DNA of 64,000 bases from Syntrophales bacterium (GCA_963662405.2 CAXXKT010000001.1:2496001-2560000); one strand, 5' to 3'; positions 10,811 to 25,388 are shown, counted from the stretch's first letter. A program made the numbers and translations. Notes: generated by a model from the letters alone, not told the origin.

Positions 10811-11986
10811 CTAGTTGAGGAGGTGTTCTTCGAAGACCTTGACTTGGTTGCGATCGTCCTTTGCTTTATAAAGGGCGATATCGGCTTCCTTTGCTAACTG
10901 ATCGAAAGACTTCTCGCCGTGGAAGGTGCTCGAGACCCCGAGACTGATCGTGATATAAATCGGTTTTTCTTCGAAGAGTACCGCCGAACGTTCGATCTCC
11001 AGGCGGAGCCGTTCTGCGATCTCGAGGGCATAGGCCCTCTCCGTCTCCGGGAGCAAGACCATAAATTCTTCGCCCCCTGTTCGTCCCAGGATATCCCCGG
11101 ATCTCAGGCTGCGTGTGATGACGGATGAAAAATGCTGAAGGGCCCTGTCTCCGGCCGCGTGTCCGTAGGTGTCATTGACGTCTTTAAAGTGATCGAGGTC
11201 TATGGCGATCAGGGACAGCTCCGAACCGTTCCGATTCGCGGCGGCCCGGGCCTTTTCGATAAGCTTGATGAATGAACGCCGGTTGAAGGCATCCGTCAGG
11301 GAATCGACCTCCGCCTGTTGCTTGACTTGAAACATGAGATGATCCAGAATCAAAAGGACATAGGCTAGGGTAAAGGCGAAAACGGCGATGAACGATTCGC
11401 AGAATGTCGCCTTTGCCATCATGCCCCCCTCCACGAACGCTCGCATGTCGGGGATGGTCAGTACCACGGTCGAGCGAATGAGATTAAAGATGCCGTGCAG
11501 GGTCATCAGGATGGCGAACCCGGACGTCAGTATGCGATTGGACCGGGTAATGCCGGCAATCTCGAAGGCGATGAAAAAGCACAGGCATGCGATGAACGCA
11601 GTGACGAGGGAAGAACGCAACGCCTCGTTTTTCTCAAAGTATGTCAGATAGATCATGATCCCCGTAACGAGGATGACAAAGGCGGGAAAGAGGGCACATG
11701 CCTGATGTGCCTCCGCTTTTCCCCTGTGTGCCCGAAATCCGATGTACAGGGAGTAGAACCCCGCCGTGATGGAGATATTAAAGGCAACGGTGAGGAGGGG
11801 GTGGGGGGTCGTCGTCTCTCCGGCGAGGAAGAGAAAGCTCATGATAAACAGCAGATTACCCAGAGCCCAATAGTGAACCCCCGGGACACCGGGGTTCCAC
11901 CTGAGGATTACAAGAGATATGACCAGAACCGCGACCAGCAGAATGAAATTGGCCGCTATCAGTGTTGGGACGTACAGTATCTCCAC
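10811..11986 (-). CDS. Membrane-bound diguanylate cyclase (paralog A)
   Basis: N-terminal multi-TM sensor; DLDHFK, RSGD I-site, GGEEF. Confidence 0.9.
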   Translation of the reverse strand: MEILYVPTLIAANFILLVAVLVISLVILRWNPGVPGVHYWALGNLLFIMSFLFLAGETTTPHPLLTVAFNISITAGFYSLYIGFRAHRGKAEAHQACALFPAFVILVTGIMIYLTYFEKNEALRSSLVTAFIACLCFFIAFEIAGITRSNRILTSGFAILMTLHGIFNLIRSTVVLTIPDMRAFVEGGMMAKATFCESFIAVFAFTLAYVLLILDHLMFQVKQQAEVDSLTDAFNRRSFIKLIEKARAAANRNGSELSLIAIDLDHFKDVNDTYGHAAGDRALQHFSSVITRSLRSGDILGRTGGEEFMVLLPETERAYALEIAERLRLEIERSAVLFEEKPIYITISLGVSSTFHGEKSFDQLAKEADIALYKAKDDRNQVKVFEEHLLN

Positions 11987-12251
11987 AACAAAAGATCTTC
12001 CTTTCTATCCGTGTGTCTCGTTCGATCAGGAAAAGCGAAGGCTCGAGGGGTACAAAACAGCCCACTCATACACCATATCGGCATCAATTGCCATTCTCAT
12101 CTTACCGCCTGAATGGTACAATTCTCCCCAGGGGAAGGGCGATCAAGGGGGACCCTCGGTCTGTTGGCGGGATGCCGTTGCCGTGGATGACGCGAACCAA
12201 AGGACTACTTTTCCGATTCCCCCTGGGGCTTTCAGTGATGGAGAGATTCTT

Positions 12252-13475
12252 TTATAGAGTAGGGTTTGTCTGTCCCGACCAACCGGTGGTGAGTTTGCCG
12301 TCATCGCCTTCCTCAAAGAAGGCCACCCTGTTGCGTCCCGCTCTTTTTGCCTTGTAGAGGGCGATGTCGGACTCCTTCGCCAAGAGGTCAAAACTCTTCT
12401 CTCCGTGTGGGGCGTTGGCGACCCCCAGGCTAATGGTCAGCGCAACTCGGATTGCTTCAAATTGTACGACCGATTGCTCCACATTCATACGGAGACGCTC
12501 GGCAACGCCGGAGGCCTCTGACATCTCTGTGTCAGGGAGGAGAACCATAAACTCTTCACCGCCCATGCGCCCCAATATGTCCCCGGGTCTCAGGCTTTCG
12601 GTTACCGTGGCGGAAAAATGTCGGAGGACCGCATCTCCGGCCGCGTGACCGTAGGTGTCGTTGACTTTTTTGAAGCGATCGAGGTCTATCGAGACGAGGG
12701 AAAGGGTTGTTTGATCACGTCGCGCGGTGGCGAGGGCCTTTTCGACCAGCTTGATGAAGGAACGGCTGTTGAAGACATTCGTCAGAAAGTCGATCTCGGC
12801 CTGCTGCCGAAGCTGCCCCAGCAGATGGTCCGATATGAGAAGGATATACCCCACGGTGAAGATGAAGATCGCGACGGAGGATTCGATGAAGGCCAGCGCT
12901 GCCATTCCGCCCCCTTCAAAAAAGGCCTTTGACGGGGGAATGACCAGGGTCGCAACGGAGCGGGTAAGGTTCCATACACCGTTGAACATAATCAGGACGG
13001 CAAACCCTTGGGTCAGGAACCGGTCTCGACTGGGAATCCCGGCGACCTCGATTGCGATAACAAAGCAGAGAAACGCCGTGACCCATGAGACAAGAGCAAC
13101 GCGGAGCGCCAGGTCCCGCCACCCGTATGTCAGATAGGCAAACGCTGCCGCAAAGAGGAACACAAGCAGCAGGAGTGGAATGATGGTTGCCATGTCTGCG
13201 GCCTTTTTCCCCCGATGGGCCCGAAATCCGAGGTACAGGATATAGAAGCCGATTACGATAAGGGTATTTGCCAGGACGATGCTGTAGAGAGAGGGGATCG
13301 TGGTCCTTGAAAATATGAGGAGGAGACCGGAGGCGTTGACCAGGTTTCCCACGACCCAGTAGCGGACCCCCGTAACCTCCGGGTTCCACTTCAGGACCAC
13401 AATATTGATCATCACGGCCACAAAAATCAGGATGATGTTCATTGCTATCAGTGTCGGAACATCCAACATCTTCAC
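12252..13475 (-). CDS. Membrane-bound diguanylate cyclase (paralog B)
   Basis: Colinear with paralog A from the GTG start (VKMLDVPTLIA vs VEILYVPTLIA); RPGD I-site, GGEEF. Confidence 0.9.
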   Translation of the reverse strand: MKMLDVPTLIAMNIILIFVAVMINIVVLKWNPEVTGVRYWVVGNLVNASGLLLIFSRTTIPSLYSIVLANTLIVIGFYILYLGFRAHRGKKAADMATIIPLLLLVFLFAAAFAYLTYGWRDLALRVALVSWVTAFLCFVIAIEVAGIPSRDRFLTQGFAVLIMFNGVWNLTRSVATLVIPPSKAFFEGGGMAALAFIESSVAIFIFTVGYILLISDHLLGQLRQQAEIDFLTNVFNSRSFIKLVEKALATARRDQTTLSLVSIDLDRFKKVNDTYGHAAGDAVLRHFSATVTESLRPGDILGRMGGEEFMVLLPDTEMSEASGVAERLRMNVEQSVVQFEAIRVALTISLGVANAPHGEKSFDLLAKESDIALYKAKRAGRNRVAFFEEGDDGKLTTGWSGQTNPTL

Positions 13476-13757
13476 GGCCCTCACTTGCCGGACGGTGTTA
13501 CCGCCCCACATGAGTGGAAGCAGATGCGCTCCTGAAAAGCAATGCACGCATCGAAACGGTGTGACAAATCTATTTCCCCTTACTATACCATATCTTGGCA
13601 TCAATCTCCATTCCCATCCTCATGCCGGCAACAGAACGCCGTGAAGAAGGGATCAATAAGGAGTGAAAGCTGGAAAGGGAGCTGAAATCAGCGACGAAGG
13701 AGGCGAAATCCACGGCGGGGATATGTTATGGATGTCCCGCGGTTGTTCGTGAGGGCG

Positions 13758-14690
13758 TCAGGGTCCGGTCGGGAGGGAGCCCCGGCGATTAAACCGATAG
13801 CAGCTGCCGTCCTGTTCCTTGGCGAAGCCCTTCACTTCCGATGCAATCTGCGAGATTTCTCCATAGTGGGAAAACCGATTACCTTCAGAAACAGCCACCC
13901 CGATGGATATGCTCAACAGGGGGAACTGTCTTTCCGCTCCGGCCCGGTCGTGACTCAGGATGTAGCCGAGGTCTCGATCCCGGGGGTCATAAAAGGTGGG
14001 AATAATGCGGTCGAATGCCGTGATTACCTCACGGCAGGTTTCTTCGATCAGGGCGGGTTCCGTCATAAAAACAAAATCGTCCCCGCCGATATGTCCCACG
14101 AAGCTGTTTCGAGACTGCCTGCCTTTGGTTATGTTCAAAAGCAGCCGTCCCGTGATTCTCAAGACCTCATCGCCCCGGCTGAAACCGTAGGTGTCATTGT
14201 AGGGCTTGAAGTTATCCAGGTCCGCATAGGCAAGGGCGAACGGTTCATTCCGGTCAATACAGCTCTGAATCTGGCGGTTGATGGAGATATTGCCCGGGAG
14301 ACGGGTCAGGGGATTGACCTCGACTGCTCGCTGTGCACGGAGGAGGCAGAGCCTGACCCTCATGACGATTTCCCGCTCCACGTCGTTTTTCCAGAGATAA
14401 TCGTCCACCGGAAAGGCGTCCCAGCCGGAAAAAGCGTCCGGCTTATCGAACAGGGCGATGATGGGCAGGCCGGAAAAGAGGGGATCATCCTTGAGGATGT
14501 TCAAGAATGTTGCCGTTTCCGGATCGGCTCCTGCATCGACGATGAGCAGGAGGGGCATCTCGTTACAGATGGTGTCGTATGCCGACGAAAAACGACTCAA
14601 TGCCACCGGGTCTCCCTCCGCGGAGAGTTTTTCGGCGAGTATGGACGTCATCGCGGCATCGGGAGACAGGATAAGGATGGTTCGAGACAT
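13758..14690 (-). CDS. Degenerate REC plus GGDEF-domain protein (GGDDF)
   Basis: NPLTRLPGN, DLDNFKPYND, GHIGGDDF. Confidence 0.85.
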   Translation of the reverse strand: MSRTILILSPDAAMTSILAEKLSAEGDPVALSRFSSAYDTICNEMPLLLIVDAGADPETATFLNILKDDPLFSGLPIIALFDKPDAFSGWDAFPVDDYLWKNDVEREIVMRVRLCLLRAQRAVEVNPLTRLPGNISINRQIQSCIDRNEPFALAYADLDNFKPYNDTYGFSRGDEVLRITGRLLLNITKGRQSRNSFVGHIGGDDFVFMTEPALIEETCREVITAFDRIIPTFYDPRDRDLGYILSHDRAGAERQFPLLSISIGVAVSEGNRFSHYGEISQIASEVKGFAKEQDGSCYRFNRRGSLPTGP

Positions 14691-15527
14691 TTATGAGACC
14701 TCGGTTTCCGAAGATGCGGCCTCTTCCAGTTCCGCCAGGATACCTTTCACGTCGCCGTCGGATAGCTGCAGCAGGCTCCAGGCGTTGGGATCGAGATCAG
14801 GCACGCGGGCATCACAATCGCTGCCGATTCCCCGCGCACGGACCAGCACATCGGAGACGTGAACGATGGCCGTTTCCAGAACCGCCTGCTTCGATAACTG
14901 GGGACGGTGATGGTATTCAAGTGCTTCCACGAGGTTTATGGGGAATCGCCACTTCCGTGCCAGCCAGGAACCGACATCGGCGTGCGTGGCTTCGAAGAAT
15001 ATCCTTTCGGCCTCGTGAAGCGGGATGCCCTCCGCGTGGGCATGTTCCCGGGCCTTTTCATATTCCGTGGGAAATTGAAGGATGAGGATCACCTTGCCGA
15101 TATCGTGAAGCAATCCGCAGACGGATACCTCTTCCGGTTCTTTGATCTCTCTCTTCTGGGCGATCAATCGAGACACGACGGCGCACCCCATGGAATGTTC
15201 CCAGAGACCGGAGATGGTGTTCTGCATCAGTTCGAAGACCGATACACCGAGAAGGAGACCCCTCACGACATTGAGACCCAGGAGCATGATGGCGTGTGAT
15301 ATGGAGGATATCCTGTTGGGAAAGCCATAGGCGGCGGAATTGACCATCTTGAGAATCTTGCTGGTCAAGGCCGGATCATTGGATATAAACCGTCCCAGCT
15401 CGTCGATCGACAGCCGGGGGTTTTCCAGCATGGACGAGATTTGTTTCAAGGTCGAGGGAACGGTCGGGAGCGCGCTGATGGATTCGACCTTGTGCCGCAT
15501 GATGGTGGCGCTGATGGGTTCACTCAT
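14691..15527 (-). CDS. HDOD domain protein
   Basis: DPALTSKILKMVNSAAYG, LWEHS, GLLHDIGK, YHH. Confidence 0.92.
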   Translation of the reverse strand: MSEPISATIMRHKVESISALPTVPSTLKQISSMLENPRLSIDELGRFISNDPALTSKILKMVNSAAYGFPNRISSISHAIMLLGLNVVRGLLLGVSVFELMQNTISGLWEHSMGCAVVSRLIAQKREIKEPEEVSVCGLLHDIGKVILILQFPTEYEKAREHAHAEGIPLHEAERIFFEATHADVGSWLARKWRFPINLVEALEYHHRPQLSKQAVLETAIVHVSDVLVRARGIGSDCDARVPDLDPNAWSLLQLSDGDVKGILAELEEAASSETEVS

Positions 15528-15813
15528 AAAGATCCACGATATGTTGTCTGACGATTTGTTTTATGTGCGCCATGATCTCATTGTCTCCGCTGTTCCCGAA
15601 CCGGCTGTTCAGTGACGCCATGGCTTCGTCAAGGGAGATTGGTTGCTCCGCCGGGCCGTGGATAGAGACGAAACCGATTTCCATGGACTGTAGGCGCGTT
15701 ATAACGCTTTCGGTGAGGAGTGAGCCTTCACCAAGGAAGACTGTTGAACCCCTGAGGATAGGTTTCGCCAGTTTCATCCCCGGTTCGAGCCTGTCTGGAG
15801 TGAGCTTACGCAT
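15520..15813 (-). CDS. Hypothetical protein overlapping the HDOD gene
   Basis: LEPGMKLAKPI resembles N-terminal modules of HD-GYP proteins; overlaps the HDOD start. Confidence 0.7.
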   Translation of the reverse strand: MRKLTPDRLEPGMKLAKPILRGSTVFLGEGSLLTESVITRLQSMEIGFVSIHGPAEQPISLDEAMASLNSRFGNSGDNEIMAHIKQIVRQHIVDLYE

Positions 15814-16069
15814 GATCTTACAACCGATCCGTGATGAAGCCCCCGATCGTGACTTTACCCGCGGTCGCCACGAAAGAGAACTGCGATTTTGAAACATAGC
15901 GGTCGTGTAAGCCGATACCCCCGAACAGAGCGTTCACCCTGAAGGTTGACAGGAAGGTGCTTCCACGGCTTAGGGAGGATAGGCAAAACACTGCTGTATG
16001 TCAACGAAAAAATCGTCTTGGCGTTTTCCCTGATCGAAGCAGTCTGGCTGGTGATTTCCGTATATCCGG

Positions 16070-16168
16070 GGACCGATTGTTTGCTTCCCTTCCTGGGCTT
16101 GCCAGGAAGCGGGCAATTCCATCACCGGGCGGACGGTCATGGTAGAGGGGGGATGGACCAGCATGTGA
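16070..16168 (+). pseudogene. Remnant 3' end of an SDR gene
   Basis: Translates as FL/ACQEAGNSITGRTVMVEGGWTSM*, an SDR C-terminal pattern, with a frameshift; no N-terminus found. Confidence 0.55.
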
Positions 16169-16262
16169 CGGCTGAGGATCCGATTGCGGGACCCCTCATT
16201 TCTGTGGTAACCTTCCATGAGTGTTTGTGTATGGGGGGTCATTGATCGGCAAGGAGGGACCC

Positions 16263-17216
16263 ATGAGAAAAATATTGGTAGACTTCACCTTGGGGAAGGA
16301 GCACCTTGCACAATTGCGAAATAGTTGTGATGAGTGTGAGGTGGTTCTTTGTGCCGACAGGGGGATTTTCTCCGAACAGCTCAAGGACGCGGAAATCCTC
16401 ATTACCTATCTCCATCCCATTCCGACGGAGATGATAGAAGGTGCCTCACGGCTCAGATGGATACAGGCCCTGACGGCAGGGGTCGACATGCTCCCTCTCG
16501 ATATTATCCATCGGCGGGGTATCATCATTACCAGCGGAAGAGGGATCCACCGGATATACATGGCGGAGTATGCCATCGCGGCGATGATCATCCTCGCGCG
16601 GAACCTCCATCATATCTTCAGGAATCAGATAGAGAGGAAATGGGATCGCTCGGCGCCTCAGGGAGAGATCTACGGGAACACTCTCGGGATCCTCGGTCTG
16701 GGGAGTATCGGCCGGGAGATCGCGAAAAAGGTATCCTGTCTCGGGATGCGGGTGATCGGTGTCAAGCGCACCCCGGGGCCGGTGGAGTCAGTCGAAGAAG
16801 TCCACGGATTTGGCGGAATGAATGAGGTCTTCAGCAGAAGCGACTATGTGATCAACCTCCTCCCCGATACGGCAGAGACGCGGGGGGTGATCGACAGGAG
16901 TTGCTTTGACCTCATGAAGGATACGGCCTGCTTCATCAATATGGGCCGTGGTGCGACGGTAAACGAAAAGGACCTGGTCGATGCCCTCCGGACGAGAAAG
17001 ATTCGCGGGGCGGCCTGTGATGTCTTTGCCACCGAACCACTCCCGGACGATAGCCCCCTGTGGGGTCTTGACAACGTCATCCTGACCCCTCATGTCTGTG
17101 GGGTGTCCCTCACCTACATGGAACGGGCAATACCTATTGTCCTCCGGAATCTGGGCGCATATCTGACCGGTTCCGGGAAGATGGAGAACGTGGTGGATTT
17201 CGCGACGGGGTATTGA
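16263..17216 (+). CDS. D-2-hydroxyacid dehydrogenase
   Basis: GLGSIG, INMGRG, DVFATEPL, TPH. Confidence 0.92.
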   Translation: MRKILVDFTLGKEHLAQLRNSCDECEVVLCADRGIFSEQLKDAEILITYLHPIPTEMIEGASRLRWIQALTAGVDMLPLDIIHRRGIIITSGRGIHRIYMAEYAIAAMIILARNLHHIFRNQIERKWDRSAPQGEIYGNTLGILGLGSIGREIAKKVSCLGMRVIGVKRTPGPVESVEEVHGFGGMNEVFSRSDYVINLLPDTAETRGVIDRSCFDLMKDTACFINMGRGATVNEKDLVDALRTRKIRGAACDVFATEPLPDDSPLWGLDNVILTPHVCGVSLTYMERAIPIVLRNLGAYLTGSGKMENVVDFATGY

Positions 17217-17617
17217 TCCATCACCGATTCGTTATCCTCCTGACGGGTGCCTCCAGCCGGGAGGTTGTTCTTACACCGCATCCTTCCATATTCTTCTATC
17301 CAGGCAGTTCAAAATACCTGTGCCATTATTGCCTTTCATGTCCCGAATATCAGATCCTCAAACCGTTTCTCCCCTTTTTGCCTTCTGATCATCTCCCGCG
17401 ATCATGTGCCTCCAACAATGTGTGTGGTGCCCTCCTAAAGAAACGCTCAGGACTACCGATATCCCGGTAAAGCACACCATCTTCTCCGCGAGGGCCGGAG
17501 ACGGAACTTCATCGCTGCGTGATATGCTCAGAAACGTCCCTTTGCCTGACGAGATGGAGGGCTTCTCGTGTATCGGCGATCAAAAGAGCGGATAAACATA
17601 TGGTGGAGATAGGCACA

Positions 17618-19651
17618 ATGATGTGTCCCCGAATGAAATATTTCTGGTTGGTCTTCGTTCCCGTGGCGATATTGACCTTCTGCCGGATTGGTCTCGTCAG
17701 GGCCGAGACAGGAGACCTGACCGGCCTGAGTATCGAGGAACTGATGAGTGTTCAGGTGACCTCGGTGAGCAAGAAGGCCCAGAGTCTCTCGGACAGCGCA
17801 GCTGCCATCTTCGTTATCACGAATGACGATCTGAGACGTTCCGATGTTACCACCATTGCTGATGCCCTGCGTATGGTCCCCGGCATGAACGTGGCGCGGA
17901 TCAATGCGAACAAGTGGGCGGTGAACAGTCGGGGGAGCACCAGCCGTTTCGCCGGCAAACTCCTGGTCATGATTGATGGACGCAGCGTGTACACCCCTGA
18001 CTTTTCCGGTGTGTACTGGGAAGTACAGGACGTGATGCTGGAAGATGTCGAGCGGATCGAGGTTATCCGTGGTCCGGGTGCGGTACTCTGGGGGACCAAC
18101 GCGGTCAATGGGGTTATCAATGTCATCACCAAACACGCGGCGGACACGCAGGGCGGCATGGTGACGATCGGGGGCGGGACCGAGGAGCGCGGTTTCGCCG
18201 GGGCCCGATACGGGATGTCTCTGGGTGAAGGGGCATACGGACGCCTGTATGTCAAGGGATTCAGGCGTGATCAATTCGTTACCGAAACGGGGAACAATGC
18301 CGGGGATGACTGGGGTATGCTGAGAAGCGGCTTCCGCTTGGACTCTACCCCCAACGCCACCGACAGTATCACACTGCAGCGTGACATCTATGAGGGGGAG
18401 ATCAATCGGTGTGTTACCCTCTCATCATTGGTGCCTCCCTATTATCATTCCCTTGAAGATGATGTCGACCTGTCCGGCGACAATCTTATCACCCGCTGGC
18501 AGAGAACCATTTCATCAACCGAGGAATGGACGGTCCAGGTCTCCTATCACCGGACGGAGCGTGAGGAGGCCCTTATTTCCGTGCGGAGAAACACCCTCGA
18601 TCTTGATCTCCAGCATCGGCTCGCGGTCAGTGCTCGGCATGATGTGGTCTGGGGAGCGCGGTACCGCTATACCCATGACAAGGCGGAAAGCTCGATGTTC
18701 TCCATCCTCGATCCGGCGAGTCGAAGCGATGATCTTTTCAGCCTCTTCGTTCAGGATGAAATTACGATCGTTCCGAAACTGCTGTTGCTGACGGTAGGAT
18801 CAAAATTCGAACATAACGATTACAGCGGGTACGAGGTACAACCGAGCGCGCGTTTGCTCTGGGCACCTTGCCCCACCCACAAACTGTGGGCGGCGGTATC
18901 GCGGGCGGTTCGTACCCCTTCACGCTACGAACAGGACGGGTGGCTTATCAATGTCGTGATGCCCCCTCATTCACCCCCCAGCAATCCGACACCATTTCCA
19001 ATGGCCGTCACCGCCGCCGGTAGTCAGAAATTTGACGCCGAGGACCTGATGGCCTCTGAAGTCGGATACCGGTTCGTGCCGGCCCGGGCTTTCTCCGTTG
19101 ATGTTGCCGTTTTCTACCATGACTACGAGGACCTTCGAAGCATTGCCTATGATCCGATTGTAATCCATGGGACGTATATCGAGCAACCGCTTCGATTTGA
19201 AAACGGTTTTTCCGCATACAGCTACGGCGTCGAAGTGGCGGCGTCATGGCAGGCGAATGCCCTGCTGAAACTGAACCTGTCCTACAGCTACCTCAACAGC
19301 GACATGGAGGAAGGCGTGGAAGTCGGTGACGAACCGCGACATATGGTGTCGTTACGGGCGGCCGTCGACCTGAGGAAAGACATCGAGTGCGATATCTGGT
19401 TCCGGTATGTCGATCAGGTGACCGCGCTGTATACGGGCTCGCCGGATCTGTTATACACGATAGACGCATATGTGGCCCTTGATCTGCGGTGCGCGTGGCG
19501 ACTCAGGAAGAACCTGGAACTTGCCCTGGTCGGCCGGAACCTTCTCGATGACAGCCATGTGGAATTCGTTCAGGAGGCGTACACCTCGCCGACCGAGGTC
19601 GAGCGGGGGGTGTACGGTATGGCGACATACCGGTTTGAATTGATCGCATGA
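17618..19651 (+). CDS. TonB-dependent outer-membrane receptor (start uncertain)
   Basis: LSIEELMSVQVTSVSK, LLVMIDGRSVY, ERIEVIRGPGAVLWG plug; beta-barrel C-terminus. Confidence 0.9.
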   Translation: MMCPRMKYFWLVFVPVAILTFCRIGLVRAETGDLTGLSIEELMSVQVTSVSKKAQSLSDSAAAIFVITNDDLRRSDVTTIADALRMVPGMNVARINANKWAVNSRGSTSRFAGKLLVMIDGRSVYTPDFSGVYWEVQDVMLEDVERIEVIRGPGAVLWGTNAVNGVINVITKHAADTQGGMVTIGGGTEERGFAGARYGMSLGEGAYGRLYVKGFRRDQFVTETGNNAGDDWGMLRSGFRLDSTPNATDSITLQRDIYEGEINRCVTLSSLVPPYYHSLEDDVDLSGDNLITRWQRTISSTEEWTVQVSYHRTEREEALISVRRNTLDLDLQHRLAVSARHDVVWGARYRYTHDKAESSMFSILDPASRSDDLFSLFVQDEITIVPKLLLLTVGSKFEHNDYSGYEVQPSARLLWAPCPTHKLWAAVSRAVRTPSRYEQDGWLINVVMPPHSPPSNPTPFPMAVTAAGSQKFDAEDLMASEVGYRFVPARAFSVDVAVFYHDYEDLRSIAYDPIVIHGTYIEQPLRFENGFSAYSYGVEVAASWQANALLKLNLSYSYLNSDMEEGVEVGDEPRHMVSLRAAVDLRKDIECDIWFRYVDQVTALYTGSPDLLYTIDAYVALDLRCAWRLRKNLELALVGRNLLDDSHVEFVQEAYTSPTEVERGVYGMATYRFELIA

Positions 19652-20222
19652 AGAAAGATGCACGCATACCATACCTCAGCACGAGTCTCATCTGCTCGTG
19701 TATTTTGTTTCTCTTGTTTTTGCTCTGGTGGGCGAACGAGGATATCGGTGCGGCACCTGTGGACGAGTACGCACTCAAGGCGGCCTTTGTTTTGAATTTT
19801 AACCGTTTTGCCCAGTGGCCCGAGAGCTCCTTTGACGGGGGGAACGATCCCTTTCGTCTCTGTGTCGTGGGGGGGGAGACAGTGGAACATGCCTTTCGCG
19901 TCATAGACGGCAAGGAGGTCGGTGCCCGTCAGCTCCACGTGTATTTCGCACGGGGGGTTGCGGATGTACAGAGGTGCAACACCGTCTTTATTGCCAAGGA
20001 TACCGATCGTTCCACTGTGCTGCGGATATTTGCGGCGGTCAAGGACAGGCCGATTCTTACGGTTGGTGAAACGGAAGAATTTATCAGGCTTGGGGGGATG
20101 ATTAATTTTTTCACCGAAGAAGGGCGACTGCGTTTTGTGATCAACCCTGAAAAGAGTCGCCAACAACGGATCAAACTCAGCTCCCGTCTGTTGAGCCTGG
20201 CGGTTATTGTGGAGGAGATGAG

Positions 20223-20226
<4 letters not shown>
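19648..20226 (+). CDS. YfiR family periplasmic protein
   Basis: Signal peptide; [34 protein letters not shown]. Confidence 0.85.
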
Positions 20227-23119
<2,893 letters not shown>

Positions 23120-23123
<4 letters not shown>

Positions 23124-25246
23124 CTTCAAGAAGACAGGCGATAGAAAATCCGCTGGCCCTGATTGTCGATGACGAAACGTCTCTTCGCATCACCATGGGC
23201 GCGGCTCTCAGGAAGGCCGGCTTTAATGTCGTCGAGGCGGAGAATGGTCGACATGCCCTCTCTCTTTTCCGCGATGAGAGACCCGACCTTGTCCTCCTTG
23301 ACGTTGTCATGCCCGAGATGGACGGTTTTGAGACCTGCAGTGCCATCCGCACGTACCCCGAAGGGGCATACACACAGGTGCTGATGGTGACCGGGTTGGA
23401 TGATACCGAATCCATTAATCGCGCGTTCGATGCCGGCGCCGACGGGTTCATCCCGAAGCCGGTCAATCTCGCCATGCTGGGGCACCAGGGCCGGTATATG
23501 CTGCGGGCCGGTCGTGCCTTCAGGGAGCTGTACCGGAGCAGAAACCGTCTGTCCAAAACACAGCGGCTCGCCAAGCTCGGTAACTGGCAGGTGGACCTTA
23601 CCACCAATGAATTTACCTGCTCCTCAGAGGCCAAACGTCTCCTTGGATTAAATCGAAACGGGAACAAAGTGACCTTTGATGATTTCCTGGCCCAGATCAT
23701 CGAGCAGGAACGCAACACGGTGCGACGTGAAATTAACAAGGCGGTAAAGGCAAAGAAAACAATCAACCTTGATTACCGTATCCTTCTCTCGAATGGAACG
23801 CAGAAGCACATACTCAACCAGGGGGAAATACTCTACGGTGAGAACAGAGCCCCCGAGATGATGCTGGGAGTTGTACAGGACGTGACCCAGTTGAAAGAGG
23901 CGGAAGAGGAAATCCGTCTCCTGGCTTTCTACGACGGACTGACCGGCCTGGCGAATCGCATGCTTTTCCAGGATCGACTGGAGCTTGCAATTGCCACGGC
24001 CAAGAGGAACAATCAGATATTCGCCCTCTTGTACCTTGATATTGATAACTTCAAGCGAGTGAATGACTCCCTTGGGCACCATATCGGTGATCTGCTCTTG
24101 AAACACGTGGCGGAGACACTCAAAAAAAATATCCGCTGCGGCGATACGGTCACGCGACTCGGTGCCGATTCCATGGATTCGATCATCGCCCGACTCGGGG
24201 GGGATGAATTTACGATTCTCCTTTCCGATATCGGGGATACGGAGAGCGTAGCAAAAATTGCCAGGCGCCTGATCGAGGCGATTCCGACCACGTATAACTG
24301 TAACGGACATGACGTTTCGGTGACCGGCAGCATCGGTATCAGTGTTTTCCCCGAGGATGGAGCCAACTCCGAAACGTTGATGAAAAATGCCGACTCTGCC
24401 ATGTATCAGGCAAAGGATTGCGGCAGAAATAATTACCAATTCTATGAGGAATCACTCAATCGCGCCGTTATTGAACGGTTTGCGCTCGAAAAGGACCTGA
24501 GAGAGGGGCTGCGGAAAGGGGAGTTTGTTTTTTATTATCAACCCCAGATAGAGATCGTCACGAGAAAGATCGTCGGCGCCGAGGCGCTGATCAGGTGGGT
24601 GCACCCCCGGAGGGGTTTGGTTATGCCGGATGAGTTCATTCCCGTCGCGGAAGGATCTGATCTGATTATTGATTTTAATAAATGGGTCTTGCAGGCGGCA
24701 TGCCGGCAGGTGCGTGCGTGGGAGGAGGCCGGTCTTCCATCGGTAAAGGTGGGGGTCAATCTCTCCGGATATAAATTTGTCCATCAGGGTATCGTGCAGA
24801 GTATCAGGGATGCCCTCAGGACCTTCCGGGTCGATGCATCCAGACTGGAGATAGAAATAACGGAAAACGTCCTGATGCAGAATACCGACGAAACGGTCTC
24901 GATACTGAATCAGATAAAGGCGCTTGGTGTCACCATGTCCCTGGATGATTTCGGAAAGGGATATTCATCCCTGAGTTATCTCACCACATTCCCCTTTGAT
25001 GCCATCAAGATCGATCGTTCCTTTGTCATGGATTGCACCCGACAGCAGGAGAACCGCGTCATTATCCGGACGATCATTGCCATGGGACACAGTCTCGAAA
25101 AGAAGGTCGTGGCGGAGGGCGTTGAAACGGAAGAGCATCTCGATCTGCTGAGAGAATATAACTGTGATGAGGCGCAGGGCTATTATTTCAGCCGTCCTGT
25201 CCCTGCCGATACATTCGCCGGTCTTCTGACCCGGGGAACCATGTGA
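23120..25246 (+). CDS. REC-PAS-GGDEF-EAL protein
   Basis: [28 protein letters not shown]. Confidence 0.95.
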
Positions 25247-25388
25247 CGAAATCGCCCCCTCCCTGGGCACGAGAGCGTTGCCTTCTTTCTCCTTGACATC
25301 CCATTCCTGTCTTTTTATGGTGGTGCACCCGGGGGAGATATCCCGAACCACAGGCAGCCGTCGCCGTGTTATCAGATTGGGGGGAAAT

